DNA of 64,000 nt from a virus, in IMG/VR virus record IMGVR_UViG_3300000303_000010. One strand, given 5' to 3'. Below, in pieces: positions 10,287-20,976 of this stretch. The translations under genes and the position numbers were made by a program. The number at the start of each line of letters is the position of its first letter. Position 1 is the stretch's first letter. The notes beneath the pieces are model-generated. The model was not told the DNA's origin, did no database searches, and worked only from the letters and a program-made list of their open reading frames with translations.

Positions 10287-11993
10287 ATGGCATTTATTAA
10301 TTTCGTAAAAGGTACTCGTGAAAAGTATTCACAGGAAACTTATCCTAATTCACTATTTTTTGCTAATGATACCCATGAACTCCTGTTTCAGGGAATATCA
10401 TACGGAGTGCCTACATCACTGAAGGCAGTTAAATCGGTAGAGATTAATGCTACTGGTTTGATGACCATCAACTATGTTAACGGTGGTTCTGATACTATCC
10501 AGTTGACTAAGGCGATGGTTGGCCTTGGCAATGTAGATAATACTTCAGATGCGGATAAGCCCGTATCTACTGCCGTAAGTGAATTGGTTAACAATACTAA
10601 GACCGCTATCGATAATTATACGGTAAATGGCAAGAAGATTTCAGAGAACCCGGTTCTTGCAAAGGGGGATGTAGGCCTTGGCAATGTAGATAATGTTAAA
10701 CAGATCCCTGCTACTGAGAAGGGTGCTGCTAATGGTGTTGTACCTTTGAATGCAGATGGTAAGATTGATTCGGCATATCTTGATGGCCAGCAATCTCCTG
10801 TACAGGGTGTAGATGGTACTTATACTACTTCTACTCTTCCTGGATCTCCTACTGAAGGTATGTTCATTTATACCTCAGATGATAAGAAGTTCCGGGAGTA
10901 TAATGGTTCTGAATGGGAAGTAGTAGAACCCAAACAGGATACTCTGTATAACTTCCGTAACAATCCTCCTTCAGGTGATTCTGGACGAGTTAATATTCTC
11001 TATCGTTGGGATGGTGAACAGCTTGCAGAGGTATCTTCTACAATCTCAATTGGTGAAGTAACCGGTACTGCTTATGATGGTGGTAAGGGTAATGAGAACA
11101 GAGATGCTATTGTTAGCTTGCCTGCAACCATTCTTACTTCTGTTGCTCAGGGAGCTGTAGCTGCTGATAGTATCACTATCACAGTTAAGAGAGTAACAAA
11201 GTCTGGCCTTAACTACGGAAGTGAGGCTAATTCAGACTTTACCCTAAATGCTGCTACTTCGGATGCTGCCGGTCTCATGAGTGCTACCGATAAGAGTCGT
11301 TTGGATACTCTTTATAAACAAATTTCTAAGACTGGTAAGTTTAGCTTCCTGGATGGTACAGTAACTCCTTCAGGTACTACAGTAGTAATCAAGAACCAGG
11401 TAATAAATACCGCTTCTGGAGAGCCTACGGATACTCCTATCACTCTTCCTGCTGCTACTCCTGATCTTGCTGGTGTAATGTCTGCAGCTGACAAGAAGAA
11501 GTTGAATGGTATTGCAGAAGGTGCTAATGCTTATGTTCTCCCGGTTGCTACAGATTCTGCCCTCGGAGGTATAATGATTGGTTATGCCGAGAGCGGTAAG
11601 AATTATGCGGTTAAGCTTGCAGAAAACAAGGCTTATGTAACGGTTAACTGGACCGACCAAAATGTTGCTCAGGCTGCTGCTATAAATGCCGATGGTTCTT
11701 ATAATGTATTGGTTGGCAATTCTGCTAATACCAATGCTGAGACTGCTGGAGTTAACAAGGCTGGTGGATTAACCTATAATCCTTCTACTAAGGTTCTCTC
11801 TACTACTACCTTCAAGGGTGCTCTCAATGGTAATGCCGATACCGCTAGCAGTGCAACTAAGGCAACTCAGGATGCAAGTGGCAATGTGATTACTACTACT
11901 TATGCAACTAAGTCAGAAGTTACATCACAGATCGAGGCTTTGATTTCTCGTATTGCTGCACTTGAGGTTGCACTTACAATTCAAAATGTCTAA
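10287..11993 (+). CDS. Fibre protein
   Basis: VGLGNVDN repeats and AATxDxAGxMSAxDKxxL repeats typical of phage fibre shafts. Confidence 0.75.
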   Translation: MAFINFVKGTREKYSQETYPNSLFFANDTHELLFQGISYGVPTSLKAVKSVEINATGLMTINYVNGGSDTIQLTKAMVGLGNVDNTSDADKPVSTAVSELVNNTKTAIDNYTVNGKKISENPVLAKGDVGLGNVDNVKQIPATEKGAANGVVPLNADGKIDSAYLDGQQSPVQGVDGTYTTSTLPGSPTEGMFIYTSDDKKFREYNGSEWEVVEPKQDTLYNFRNNPPSGDSGRVNILYRWDGEQLAEVSSTISIGEVTGTAYDGGKGNENRDAIVSLPATILTSVAQGAVAADSITITVKRVTKSGLNYGSEANSDFTLNAATSDAAGLMSATDKSRLDTLYKQISKTGKFSFLDGTVTPSGTTVVIKNQVINTASGEPTDTPITLPAATPDLAGVMSAADKKKLNGIAEGANAYVLPVATDSALGGIMIGYAESGKNYAVKLAENKAYVTVNWTDQNVAQAAAINADGSYNVLVGNSANTNAETAGVNKAGGLTYNPSTKVLSTTTFKGALNGNADTASSATKATQDASGNVITTTYATKSEVTSQIEALISRIAALEVALTIQNV

Positions 11994-12000
11994 CTAAAAT

Positions 12001-12035
12001 GGGATAAGGATTCATCAGAGTCCTTATCCCTATTA
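12001..12035 (+). terminator. Hairpin between fibre genes (weak U-tract)
   Basis: GGGATAAGGATTC-ATCA-GAGTCCTTATCCC, a 13-bp stem with one G-U pair, followed by TATTA. Confidence 0.55.
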
Positions 12036-12048
12036 AATTTGTAAAGTT

Positions 12049-13935
12049 ATGGCTTTTATGAAATTTTATGTGGGAAATGAGGCAAATGCTTCATCCCACA
12101 GAGATGGGATATATATTGCGGTAGATACCAAAAAGATATTCTATAATGGTTCTGCTTACGGAGGCAGCGAGGTAGATTTGAGTAATTATGCTACAAAGGC
12201 TGATTTGAATAAGTATCTTCCTTTAACTGGTGGTATATTAACAGGAAACCTATATGTCAATGGTAGAGATACTGAGGGAAATTTTGGTATAAGTATTGGT
12301 AGATCATCTATTCATGTACGTACTTCCTTAAGTACGAGTAGTTCCGACCCATATTACCGCTATGAATCACAACTGGATAATCATTCTTTAATTATAAGCT
12401 CATCAACTAATAATGAGATGGTATTAGATAAGAATGGTATACGGATTAGGAATAAGACTAATCAACACTTACTTCACGCAGCAGGTGGTACCATTTCTAT
12501 CGATGAACTTAAATCTCAGTTAAATATTCCTGATATTTCTAATCTTGCTACTAAGACTGAGTTGGAAGGATATCTTCCTCTATCTGGAGGTAAAATATAT
12601 GGAGATGGTTTGATTATCAGTTCAAATCTTCATAGTCGAGAATTCCCAAACCTGTTTATGAATATTGAAGATTCTTCTACTTGGGCTGGAACTATTGGAG
12701 GTACTGATTATTTGCCCACTCCAGACACTCAAGGTTTAATAGTTTCCGTAGCTACTAATATTGCTGGTAGTCCAGATGGCAAAGTTTATACATGCTTAAG
12801 AGCTGGAGGAATAATCTTTAGTAGTGGGATGGGAAGATATTCTTGTTATGGTGAAAATTTTGTGGTAATTGGTAATGGCCCATCTCAATTAGACACTGAT
12901 GGATGTGATGGGAGTATCAATTTAACTGATACTATAAATTTTTATTCCAACGATCGAGTTGGCTATAGCCCTTCTAAATTGAGTAGTATTTCATCAAATG
13001 GTTTTACAATCAAGGGTAAGACTGCAAATGATCTCCTCAATGCTGCAGGTGGAACAGTATCCATAAACGATATTATTGCTAAAGTACCTTCTCCTGATTT
13101 GTCCTCATATGCTACTAAAGAGGAAGTGGGATCTAATGTTTATACTGGAGCTAATTATATCTCTAAGGAAACTAACCTGACCGATGCGGTTCTCCAATTG
13201 GATACGGAAATTAAAGCTACCAATGACAACCTTGCACTCGAACATACCAATGCTGAAGCTACCTATGCCAAGAAGACTGAATTAAGTAATCAAATCGAGG
13301 TTGTACAAGCTGATGTAAATTCTACAAATACTAAGATAGTAAATGCTAAACTTAGTATGGCAAGTTGGACTTCCGGAGCTAATGCTACCAAACTTACTTT
13401 TACGGGAAGTATTACAGGATTAGGTGGAACTCCTGCTATATTCTTTGCTCAGGGAGGTATTACAGGAGGTGGTAATACCATACCTACCCGATCTTGTATT
13501 AGGTTTGAAGGATGTCATATATACCAGGATTCTAATGGATTTTATGTATCTTTACCTAAAGCATCTGATACCTCCGATGGTGTTATGAGTGGTGAGGATC
13601 ACAAGAAGTTGGGAGGTATATTAAATACTACTAAGAACTGGGTAAATGAAGTTAGGAATGATTCTATACCTACTTTACCTTCTTCGGCTACGGTATATAA
13701 GATTATGGATTTGCCAGGTAAGGTAGCAGAATGTAGAGCTTCACTTTATTTAATATGTGTACAAATTAGTAGTTCTTCTGATAAACCTCGAATATATTAC
13801 AATAATGAAACTTTGTGTTATTTACATCCGGTAGTAAACGGGACATATCAATATGCTACTGGCATTATGGTACTACCTGATTATTCTATTTCGGGTATTT
13901 ATTTAGGGGAAACTTATGATTATATAGATCATTAA
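12049..13935 (+). CDS. Fibre / receptor-binding protein
   Basis: N-terminus resembles that of 10287..11993. Repeated YLPLxGG and LLxAAGGTxSI...ATK modules; ASDTSDGVMSGEDHKKL module. Confidence 0.7.
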   Translation: MAFMKFYVGNEANASSHRDGIYIAVDTKKIFYNGSAYGGSEVDLSNYATKADLNKYLPLTGGILTGNLYVNGRDTEGNFGISIGRSSIHVRTSLSTSSSDPYYRYESQLDNHSLIISSSTNNEMVLDKNGIRIRNKTNQHLLHAAGGTISIDELKSQLNIPDISNLATKTELEGYLPLSGGKIYGDGLIISSNLHSREFPNLFMNIEDSSTWAGTIGGTDYLPTPDTQGLIVSVATNIAGSPDGKVYTCLRAGGIIFSSGMGRYSCYGENFVVIGNGPSQLDTDGCDGSINLTDTINFYSNDRVGYSPSKLSSISSNGFTIKGKTANDLLNAAGGTVSINDIIAKVPSPDLSSYATKEEVGSNVYTGANYISKETNLTDAVLQLDTEIKATNDNLALEHTNAEATYAKKTELSNQIEVVQADVNSTNTKIVNAKLSMASWTSGANATKLTFTGSITGLGGTPAIFFAQGGITGGGNTIPTRSCIRFEGCHIYQDSNGFYVSLPKASDTSDGVMSGEDHKKLGGILNTTKNWVNEVRNDSIPTLPSSATVYKIMDLPGKVAECRASLYLICVQISSSSDKPRIYYNNETLCYLHPVVNGTYQYATGIMVLPDYSISGIYLGETYDYIDH

Positions 13936-13937
13936 CT

Positions 13938-14687
13938 ATGGCAAGAATACCTAATGTAACCATACGTTCAGAACCTTGGAAAATTCTCCCCATGAAAGGA
14001 GAGGATTTTCAGGGTTCTATGAACTTTTTTATTAAAGTGGATGATGGTAGAGCTAGGAAAGTTCAAGCTTTTCTGGATGAATTTCCTGGAGAGATCTATA
14101 TGGGATCCTTCTTGGGAGCTCGTAAGTTTGCAAGAAAATTACATCAGTTAGTAAGAAGATGTATAAGAACAGGTATTCCTCCAAAAGGGGTTTCTTGGCC
14201 ACCTCATGCAGCTTCAACTGTTAAAAGGTTAGGAGCACATAAATTATTAAATCTTACGGGATTTTATTTAAAATCCATACGTATAGTAGAGGATCTTTAT
14301 AGGGATACTATTGCAGTGGGATTACCAAAAGGACTAAGAAGACCTAGCAATATTAAGGGTAGTCATAGTATGACTATGAAGCAAATTGCTCAAATTTTAG
14401 AGTATGGAGGTCCTAAAATCCCAGCTCGACCTTTGTGGAGACCGGCTTTTCAACAAATAGGAGGTAATGCTAGATTAAAGAAGGATATAATCAATGGTAT
14501 TAGGAAACAGATTCGTTCTAAGTTGGTATCCGATCAGAAATATAACATCAAGGGTATAGGTTATGAAAAAGAGATGCAAAGAGGATACCGAGGAAATTGG
14601 GGAGATTTTTGGAGTGATGTATCTTTTAAATCCACACCTTCTACTTATATTCCTCATTCTGATGGTCCCGATGATTTACCCTTTTAA
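13938..14687 (+). CDS. Tail completion / virion morphogenesis protein (P2 gpS / Mu gpG-like)
   Basis: WPPHAASTVKR...LLNLTGFYLKSI...LEYGGPKIPARPLWRP pattern. Confidence 0.7.
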   Translation: MARIPNVTIRSEPWKILPMKGEDFQGSMNFFIKVDDGRARKVQAFLDEFPGEIYMGSFLGARKFARKLHQLVRRCIRTGIPPKGVSWPPHAASTVKRLGAHKLLNLTGFYLKSIRIVEDLYRDTIAVGLPKGLRRPSNIKGSHSMTMKQIAQILEYGGPKIPARPLWRPAFQQIGGNARLKKDIINGIRKQIRSKLVSDQKYNIKGIGYEKEMQRGYRGNWGDFWSDVSFKSTPSTYIPHSDGPDDLPF

Positions 14688-14698
14688 TTGAAACTACT

Positions 14699-15397
14699 AT
14701 GGTACAATCTGAAGAAATTGTAGAGAGGACCTTTTATGTAAGTCTTCTTAGTACAGCCGTAAAAATGGGCTATACTATTAATCCCGATGATTACCTACCA
14801 GCATCTCCTGAAAATGAGCAGAGATATAATGCCGATAAAAACTCTATAGAGAACTTTGTTAGTATATTTGGTGTAGGTAATAACCATGCCAGAGGTGCAA
14901 AAATTGCTCCAAGGATAACGGTAAATCTCAATGCTTATTATCCTGGGATGATTGGAATGGAAAAATTTGGTATAGAGGCAGACCAAGGTAATCAGTTCAA
15001 TCTTATAGAGTATCCCTTTGAAACTAAGGATATATCCATAGATATCCATTTGGTAGCTAAGAATATGCAAGAATTACGAATCTTGCATAATATTATGTAT
15101 AGGGCTTTGCCTGCTAGAGGGTATATTAGACCTTATCTAAATAATTACTACGAATGGATAAACCAAAAAGTACTACCTTCAGGGAATCTCTATATTGAGA
15201 TTGCTAATTGGTATGACTATGATGATAAAGAACATGGCTTATTAGAGAAGGTATATAATTATACTTGTGTAGATGGAGTTCTCAATGAATATCAGGATGA
15301 GGAGATAACTATTGCTCCTATTAATGATATCCTTACTTTAATAGGCACCTATGATAAAGAAGAAAATGATATGTTACCTCTACATATCTCAGAGTAA
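14699..15397 (+). CDS. Tail terminator / neck protein candidate
   Basis: 232 aa directly before the sheath; terminator-like DISIDIHLVAKN segment. Confidence 0.55.
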   Translation: MVQSEEIVERTFYVSLLSTAVKMGYTINPDDYLPASPENEQRYNADKNSIENFVSIFGVGNNHARGAKIAPRITVNLNAYYPGMIGMEKFGIEADQGNQFNLIEYPFETKDISIDIHLVAKNMQELRILHNIMYRALPARGYIRPYLNNYYEWINQKVLPSGNLYIEIANWYDYDDKEHGLLEKVYNYTCVDGVLNEYQDEEITIAPINDILTLIGTYDKEENDMLPLHISE

Positions 15398-15455
15398 TAT
15401 TGCGATACATTAACTTGTAATTAAAATAGGTATAACCTTTTAAAAATACAACAAT

Positions 15456-17219
15456 ATGTCAGTTTCACCTTATGTAAAATTCAATTTCCAAAACAATAAT
15501 GTGATGGAAACAACTCCCTTAATGGGAGTATCATGTATACTGACTAGAACTACTAAAGGTCCATTTAATGATCCTTCTAAGGTAATTACCTCTTATGCCC
15601 AGTTCCAAAGGGAATTCGGTGAAGAGATATGCCCAGATGGTACCGTATCCAATGTTAAAAAAGCATTGGAATTAGGTTCTAAACTTAGGGTCATAAAGGT
15701 ATTGGGTCAAGTAGCTGAAGAGGGTCAGTATGGTTTCTATGGAACCTTAGATAACCTAGAAGAAAAAGGAGAGTCTAGTCCTTCCATGAAACTACTTGCT
15801 GTAAATGGTAAAAATCTTAATGTTAAGATAAAGTATATCGGACAAGAGAGTGATAAATTCCGAATATCTTTAAAGAGTAATACCTCTGAAAATGGGGTAA
15901 GTACTCTTAAGTATGAGATATATGATTTGAATTCTGAGGATCTTGTAGAAACTAATACCCTTATTAGTTTTAAAAATGCCGTAGAAGGTTCAGATCAACC
16001 CGGAAGACCCTCAAGAGATTTGCCTGCTCAAGTAGACTATCAAGCTCTTAGTGATGCTTTAGATAATTCAGTATACCTCAAACCTGAGGATGATGCAGAA
16101 TTCGAAAAGATACTTAGTGATCTGAGGGTATTGGATCAGTCTACCAATAAATCTCTCCCAATAAGTATTATAAGCAAAGGTACCGAGAACAACTATTTTA
16201 TCCCTCAGTATGAGGTAACTCCTGCCATATCAGGTGAGGGTGGCATATCTGATACCCAAACTATCATCAATTGTTGGGTTAAAGCTGTGAATACCCTTTT
16301 GGATTATACTGATGTATACCAGGTAGGATGCTCTTTCCTCAATGAGGCCATGCTTGATAATTCAGGAGTTAGGAATGATGAACTAATCCGTCAGATTCAT
16401 GCAGCTATTGCCGATGTATTAGTACCTCTACAGGAATATACCTATTATATTGAAGTTCCCAAATATCTGGAGGATTATGAAAAGATAAATGCTTGGGTAA
16501 CTCCTACTCTTGGAGCTGTGGGTAATTCCAAATATATTGCTTTCTTTGCGGGAGGTATTAAGTACTACAGTGATTCTGGAAGACTTCAGGGATGCGATAT
16601 CTTAGGTACTATAATGGGATTAGGAGATACTTCAGCTTCCAATTATGGTCCTTGGAAATCATTTGCAGGTATGAATCGTGGGGTTATTTGGGATGGAAAT
16701 GGTCCTGTATGTCCCAATTATGGTTCACCTTCCCAGTATGAGTATCTGAATGTTTTGGCTCAGAATTATGTGAATATGATAGTTGTTAAGGATACGGCTT
16801 CTTCAGGGAAGCAGACTATGCTTTGGCATCTATTTACTTCACAGATTAAACAGGATTCTGAAAGGTTCCTCTCTATAGTTAGACTTAATCTTTACCTTAA
16901 GAAGACACTTCGTCCTATATTGGAGAATTATCTTGAAGAGCCTAACACTTGGGGAACTTGGAAGAATATTTGGTTGAGAGTTAAGCCTATTCTGGATAAC
17001 CTTATCGATCAGCAGGCTATGACCGAATATACTTGGATGGGTGATCAGAATGCCACTTCTTATAACGATCTTACCGTTAATAATGAAGCAGATGTAAGGC
17101 AAGGTAAATATAAGGTAGTTCTTAAGTATAAGGACGTAGTTCCTATGCAAGAGATCATTATTAATATTACTATAGATGCTGCTTCTCAGACAGTTAACAT
17201 TAATTCAGATAACGAATAA
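15456..17219 (+). CDS. Contractile tail sheath protein
   Basis: 587 aa. C-terminal sheath domain: RFLSIVRLNLYLKKTL...LEEPNTWGTWKNI; followed by the tube gene. Confidence 0.92.
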   Translation: MSVSPYVKFNFQNNNVMETTPLMGVSCILTRTTKGPFNDPSKVITSYAQFQREFGEEICPDGTVSNVKKALELGSKLRVIKVLGQVAEEGQYGFYGTLDNLEEKGESSPSMKLLAVNGKNLNVKIKYIGQESDKFRISLKSNTSENGVSTLKYEIYDLNSEDLVETNTLISFKNAVEGSDQPGRPSRDLPAQVDYQALSDALDNSVYLKPEDDAEFEKILSDLRVLDQSTNKSLPISIISKGTENNYFIPQYEVTPAISGEGGISDTQTIINCWVKAVNTLLDYTDVYQVGCSFLNEAMLDNSGVRNDELIRQIHAAIADVLVPLQEYTYYIEVPKYLEDYEKINAWVTPTLGAVGNSKYIAFFAGGIKYYSDSGRLQGCDILGTIMGLGDTSASNYGPWKSFAGMNRGVIWDGNGPVCPNYGSPSQYEYLNVLAQNYVNMIVVKDTASSGKQTMLWHLFTSQIKQDSERFLSIVRLNLYLKKTLRPILENYLEEPNTWGTWKNIWLRVKPILDNLIDQQAMTEYTWMGDQNATSYNDLTVNNEADVRQGKYKVVLKYKDVVPMQEIIINITIDAASQTVNINSDNE

Positions 17220-17230
17220 ATCATCTAGTT

Positions 17231-17695
17231 ATGGGAGCAAAAGTTAAAAACCCAAGGAAGAAATTCCTATTTAGTATAAGTTTCCCAAATCACCCTATAA
17301 ATGCTTATCTTTGTCAAAAGGTAACTGCTCCGGATATTGAGATAGATCAGGTTGCTCATGGTGATATTAACCGGGATGTTAAGACTGCTGGTCGTGTAAC
17401 AGTGGGTAATATGACTGTAGAGAAACTACTTACTACTTCTGGATCAGATACCTGGATTTGGGATTGGCTTTTTTCTTGCCAAGATATGATTCTTGGTGGA
17501 GGATTGGTTCCTTCTGATTATTGGGAAGTAGTAGAGGTTTCGGATCTTGCTGAGGATGGTGTATCAGTTCTTAATGTGCATCATTATGAAGAGGTATGGC
17601 CTTGCAAGATTACCGGTCTTGAATGGGATCGTCAAGCATCAGAGAATACCATAGAATCTATAGAATTTTCAGTAGGTACTGTAGATAGATACTAG
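17231..17695 (+). CDS. Tail tube protein (T4 gp19-like)
   Basis: 154 aa with KTAGRVTVGNMTVEK, WIWDW, EVWPCKITGLEWD and IESIEFSV. Confidence 0.88.
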   Translation: MGAKVKNPRKKFLFSISFPNHPINAYLCQKVTAPDIEIDQVAHGDINRDVKTAGRVTVGNMTVEKLLTTSGSDTWIWDWLFSCQDMILGGGLVPSDYWEVVEVSDLAEDGVSVLNVHHYEEVWPCKITGLEWDRQASENTIESIEFSVGTVDRY

Positions 17696-17729
17696 TCTTC
17701 ATAATTGATTTGTTAGATTTAGGTTGGAT

Positions 17730-17770
17730 GGGGTGGGTTCCAGTAGTCACTGCGAGCTCACCCTTTTCTT
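17730..17770 (+). terminator. Long hairpin plus U-tract after the tube gene
   Basis: GGGTGGGTTC-CAGT-AGTC-ACTG-C-GAGCTCACCC followed by TTTTCTT. Confidence 0.65.
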
Positions 17771-17818
17771 CTGTCTAGCAAATCAATCATTTTATAACAA
17801 CCTAAAAACAACAAAACA

Positions 17819-18604
17819 ATGGAAAAACAATTTAATTTTAGAACTATGGAGTTCATAGCTCCCTCAGGTTTTAAGTATGTTATTCGTGAACAAAATGGCG
17901 AGGATGAGGATATCCTTACAAATCCTAAGGATGCAAGGGATCTCACCAATCTTATCAAGTTTGTTGCATCATTAGTAGTTGATACTAACTATACTAAAAG
18001 TGGAAAACTTACTCTAGAGGATGCAAAAAATATGCCCCTATTAGATAAATATTGTATCCTTATCCAGAATAATATTTTTTCACTTGGAGGTAAATTAGAG
18101 TTCGATCATACTTTCCAGGATGGAAGTACTTTTACTTTTGAACAGGATCTTAAAGAGTTAGTATTTGAGGATTATACTGAATTTCCTACCGATGAAGAAT
18201 TAAATGCAAAACCTGATGCAGTTCCCTATTATCCTCTTATGCCTAATGGTGATATAACCAAGATTATGGGCATAACCCATACCCTAGCTTCAGGTAAAGA
18301 AGTAAAATTTGATGTGATGACTTCATCATCAGAACAATATATACTTAGATTACCTGAAGAAAAGAGAACTCGAAATGCCGAGCTGATGGCCCGTAATCTT
18401 CGGCTTCAGGTAAATGGTAATTGGGAAAAGGTAACTAACTTCCGAAGTTTTAGTATGGCAGATATGAAGGAGCTTCGAAAAATAATCTCTGAAGTAGATC
18501 CCGTATTTGCAGGTACAGTAGTTTTGGAAAACCCTCGAGACCCTAATATTAAGGAACTGTATAGTTTGTTGGGGAATCCCGATTTTTTCGGGCTAATGAG
18601 CTAA
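17819..18604 (+). CDS. Tail assembly chaperone (G)
   Basis: Between tube and tape measure; YVIREQNGEDEDIL resembles T4 gp26-like/chaperone starts; slippery site near its 3' end. Confidence 0.75.
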   Translation: MEKQFNFRTMEFIAPSGFKYVIREQNGEDEDILTNPKDARDLTNLIKFVASLVVDTNYTKSGKLTLEDAKNMPLLDKYCILIQNNIFSLGGKLEFDHTFQDGSTFTFEQDLKELVFEDYTEFPTDEELNAKPDAVPYYPLMPNGDITKIMGITHTLASGKEVKFDVMTSSSEQYILRLPEEKRTRNAELMARNLRLQVNGNWEKVTNFRSFSMADMKELRKIISEVDPVFAGTVVLENPRDPNIKELYSLLGNPDFFGLMS

Positions 18605-18768
18605 GCTTAGAGGAACAATATTTTCTTTGTTGTCAGGCAAAGTTGAATATTGATTATTACACATTCTTACGTATCCCTTGTAGGGTACGTAAGAATTTTG
18701 TGTTTATTTCCCAACAAGTAGCTGAGGCTCGAAAGAAAGAATACGAAGAATTACAAAAAACCCTTTAA
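18583..18768 (+). other. Programmed -1 frameshift site T-TTT-TTC and the -1 frame extension (GT chaperone)
   Basis: gaT TTT TTC at 18581-18589. The -1 frame reads RANELSLEEQYFLCCQAKLNIDYYTFLRIPCRVRKNFVFISQQVAEARKKEYEELQKTL to TAA at 18766-18768, 3 nt before the tape measure ATG. Confidence 0.8.
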
Positions 18769-18771
18769 GAT

Positions 18772-20964
18772 ATGGCAAGATTTGGTTCAGGAGTAGTAGA
18801 TGTGGGAGTAGCCATATCTCTTCAGAATAATTTCTCTAATACGGCTAAGGTAGTTGCTAATGATTATCGCAGATTGATGGGAGAATTAAGTGCCCATTCT
18901 CAAATTACGAATAATACGGCAGGAGCTATTGGATCCCAATTATCTCAGATGCTTCAAGGGATGTATCAAGCTTATGACTATTCAGTTGGAGTACAAAGAG
19001 AGATTTGGATGACTTCCAAGATAGCAGGAGCATCTGCTCAGCAACAATCCGAGATGATGCAATTAGCTAAGGATATCAACGAACAAACTCCCTTAAGTGC
19101 TGCAGACGTAGCATCTGCTATGAGATACTTATCTATGGCAGGTTTTAAAACTGATCAGATTAATCAAATGATCGGTCCAGCTTCTCAATTAGCAACTATT
19201 TTGGGAACTCCCGTTGGTGGTAAGGGTGGAGTAGCAGATATGATGACTAATATCATGACTACCTTCAATATCCCCATGTCTCAAACTGCTAGTACAGTAG
19301 ATGATTTATATACAGCAGTTACTAATGCAAATATTTCTCTTACTGACTTAGCGGATTCTATAAGATACTCAGGAGCAGATGCTAAAAATGCTGGGCTAAA
19401 TCTTAGACAATTATCTGCAGCTATTGGAGTATTGGGAAATGCTGGTATACAAGGAAGTATGGCTGGTACTGCTATAGGTAATATGTTGAGATATCTCCAG
19501 CTCTCGGCTTCAGGTGCTAGACCCAAGGCTAATGATTGGTTATATAGAATGGGTCTTGATGCTAAATCATTCTACGATGCTAATGGTAACATGAAGAATT
19601 TCGATGAAATTCTTGTTACCTTGGCTCAGCACATGCAAGCCTTACCCGATATATACAAGACTCAGGCTTGGAATCAGATATTCCAGGTTCGAGGTTCTCG
19701 AGGTATTAGTGCTATGTTGGATGATATTGTCTCTGGTCAAAGTAAGTATTTCCAGATAATGAACTTATATGATCAGAATCAGGGTATTGTAAACGAGGTA
19801 AATGAGGAATTCCAAAAAACTCCTGCGGGAAGATTAGAGGCATTTAAATCATCTATAGAGAACTTGATAGTTACTTTTGGAGAAGCTATGAGTGTGATGA
19901 CTCCTTTTATAAATATGCTCACCGAACTCATAGATGGTATACAATGGATTTTGCAAACTGGCTTTGGGAAATTTATCGCTAATCTTACTCTTATCGGCAC
20001 TGCTGCTAATCTTCTCCGTATAGGGTTTTTGGTAATAAGGAATTCCCTTAGGATGATGGGTATACGAATATTACCCATCAAAAAGAACATGGCTCAAGCT
20101 TCAGTATCTACTACAGGCTGGGCAAATCAAACTAAAATTCTATTAGCTATATTTAATCAGTTAAATTATACCTTACAGACTATCGATTTTAGATTACAGG
20201 GGATACTTACTAAAATGATGACCCTTAATAGCGGATTAAGGTTTGCGGGATTTAATCCTCTTACTGGGGGCCCCATGTTTAGGAATGCCAATGGTACTTG
20301 GGCTGGTGTTGGACCCTATAAACATTATTTTGGTATGCCACCCTTTATGCCAATGGGTATGGGGATGCCTACGGGAAGTCCTGGAGCAACTGCTACTATG
20401 GCATCTAGTTCTTATGGAAGGTATGCTAATTTTAGCAGATCTCAAGTTATTAAAAGAGCTAGGAGTATATACAAAAATGGTGCATATCATGGACAAGTAG
20501 CTGTACGTCCTATTATGGATGCTCAAGGTACTATTGTGGACTATAGAAAGTTTCAAGCCAACGGTATAAGTGCTGGTACTGCTTTTAGGGCTAGATCTTT
20601 GGGGGCTCTTACTTCTAGTATTAATGGTTTGAAAACGGTAGGTAGTGGATTATTGGGCTTATTTGGAGGACCTTGGGGATTAGGTTTAACAGCAGCTATT
20701 GGAGTATTAACTTGGTCTTTGAATGATTTAAGTGAGGGTTTAGAACGTCAACAACAATACCGAGAGATGGTAGATAAAAACCTCACCCCAAATCAATCGG
20801 CTTGGTTTAGTGCTTTGGTTAAAGCCATAAAAGAAACTTATGGTAATAATACTGCTCAAATGAGATTGGATCTTTCTCTCAATGGTTATGGTATGGGAAG
20901 TTTTTTGGATGGGGATACTTTTAATGTAGATGCTAATTCTTTAGGAGATCCTTGGATGGTTTAA
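18772..20964 (+). CDS. Tape measure protein (TP901-like core)
   Basis: TPLSAADVASAMRYLSMAGF, LADSIRYSG and LGNAGIQGSMAGTAI motifs; C-terminal GLFGGPWGLGLTAAIGVL. Confidence 0.92.
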   Translation: MARFGSGVVDVGVAISLQNNFSNTAKVVANDYRRLMGELSAHSQITNNTAGAIGSQLSQMLQGMYQAYDYSVGVQREIWMTSKIAGASAQQQSEMMQLAKDINEQTPLSAADVASAMRYLSMAGFKTDQINQMIGPASQLATILGTPVGGKGGVADMMTNIMTTFNIPMSQTASTVDDLYTAVTNANISLTDLADSIRYSGADAKNAGLNLRQLSAAIGVLGNAGIQGSMAGTAIGNMLRYLQLSASGARPKANDWLYRMGLDAKSFYDANGNMKNFDEILVTLAQHMQALPDIYKTQAWNQIFQVRGSRGISAMLDDIVSGQSKYFQIMNLYDQNQGIVNEVNEEFQKTPAGRLEAFKSSIENLIVTFGEAMSVMTPFINMLTELIDGIQWILQTGFGKFIANLTLIGTAANLLRIGFLVIRNSLRMMGIRILPIKKNMAQASVSTTGWANQTKILLAIFNQLNYTLQTIDFRLQGILTKMMTLNSGLRFAGFNPLTGGPMFRNANGTWAGVGPYKHYFGMPPFMPMGMGMPTGSPGATATMASSSYGRYANFSRSQVIKRARSIYKNGAYHGQVAVRPIMDAQGTIVDYRKFQANGISAGTAFRARSLGALTSSINGLKTVGSGLLGLFGGPWGLGLTAAIGVLTWSLNDLSEGLERQQQYREMVDKNLTPNQSAWFSALVKAIKETYGNNTAQMRLDLSLNGYGMGSFLDGDTFNVDANSLGDPWMV

Positions 20965-20976
20965 AAGTTTACGGTT

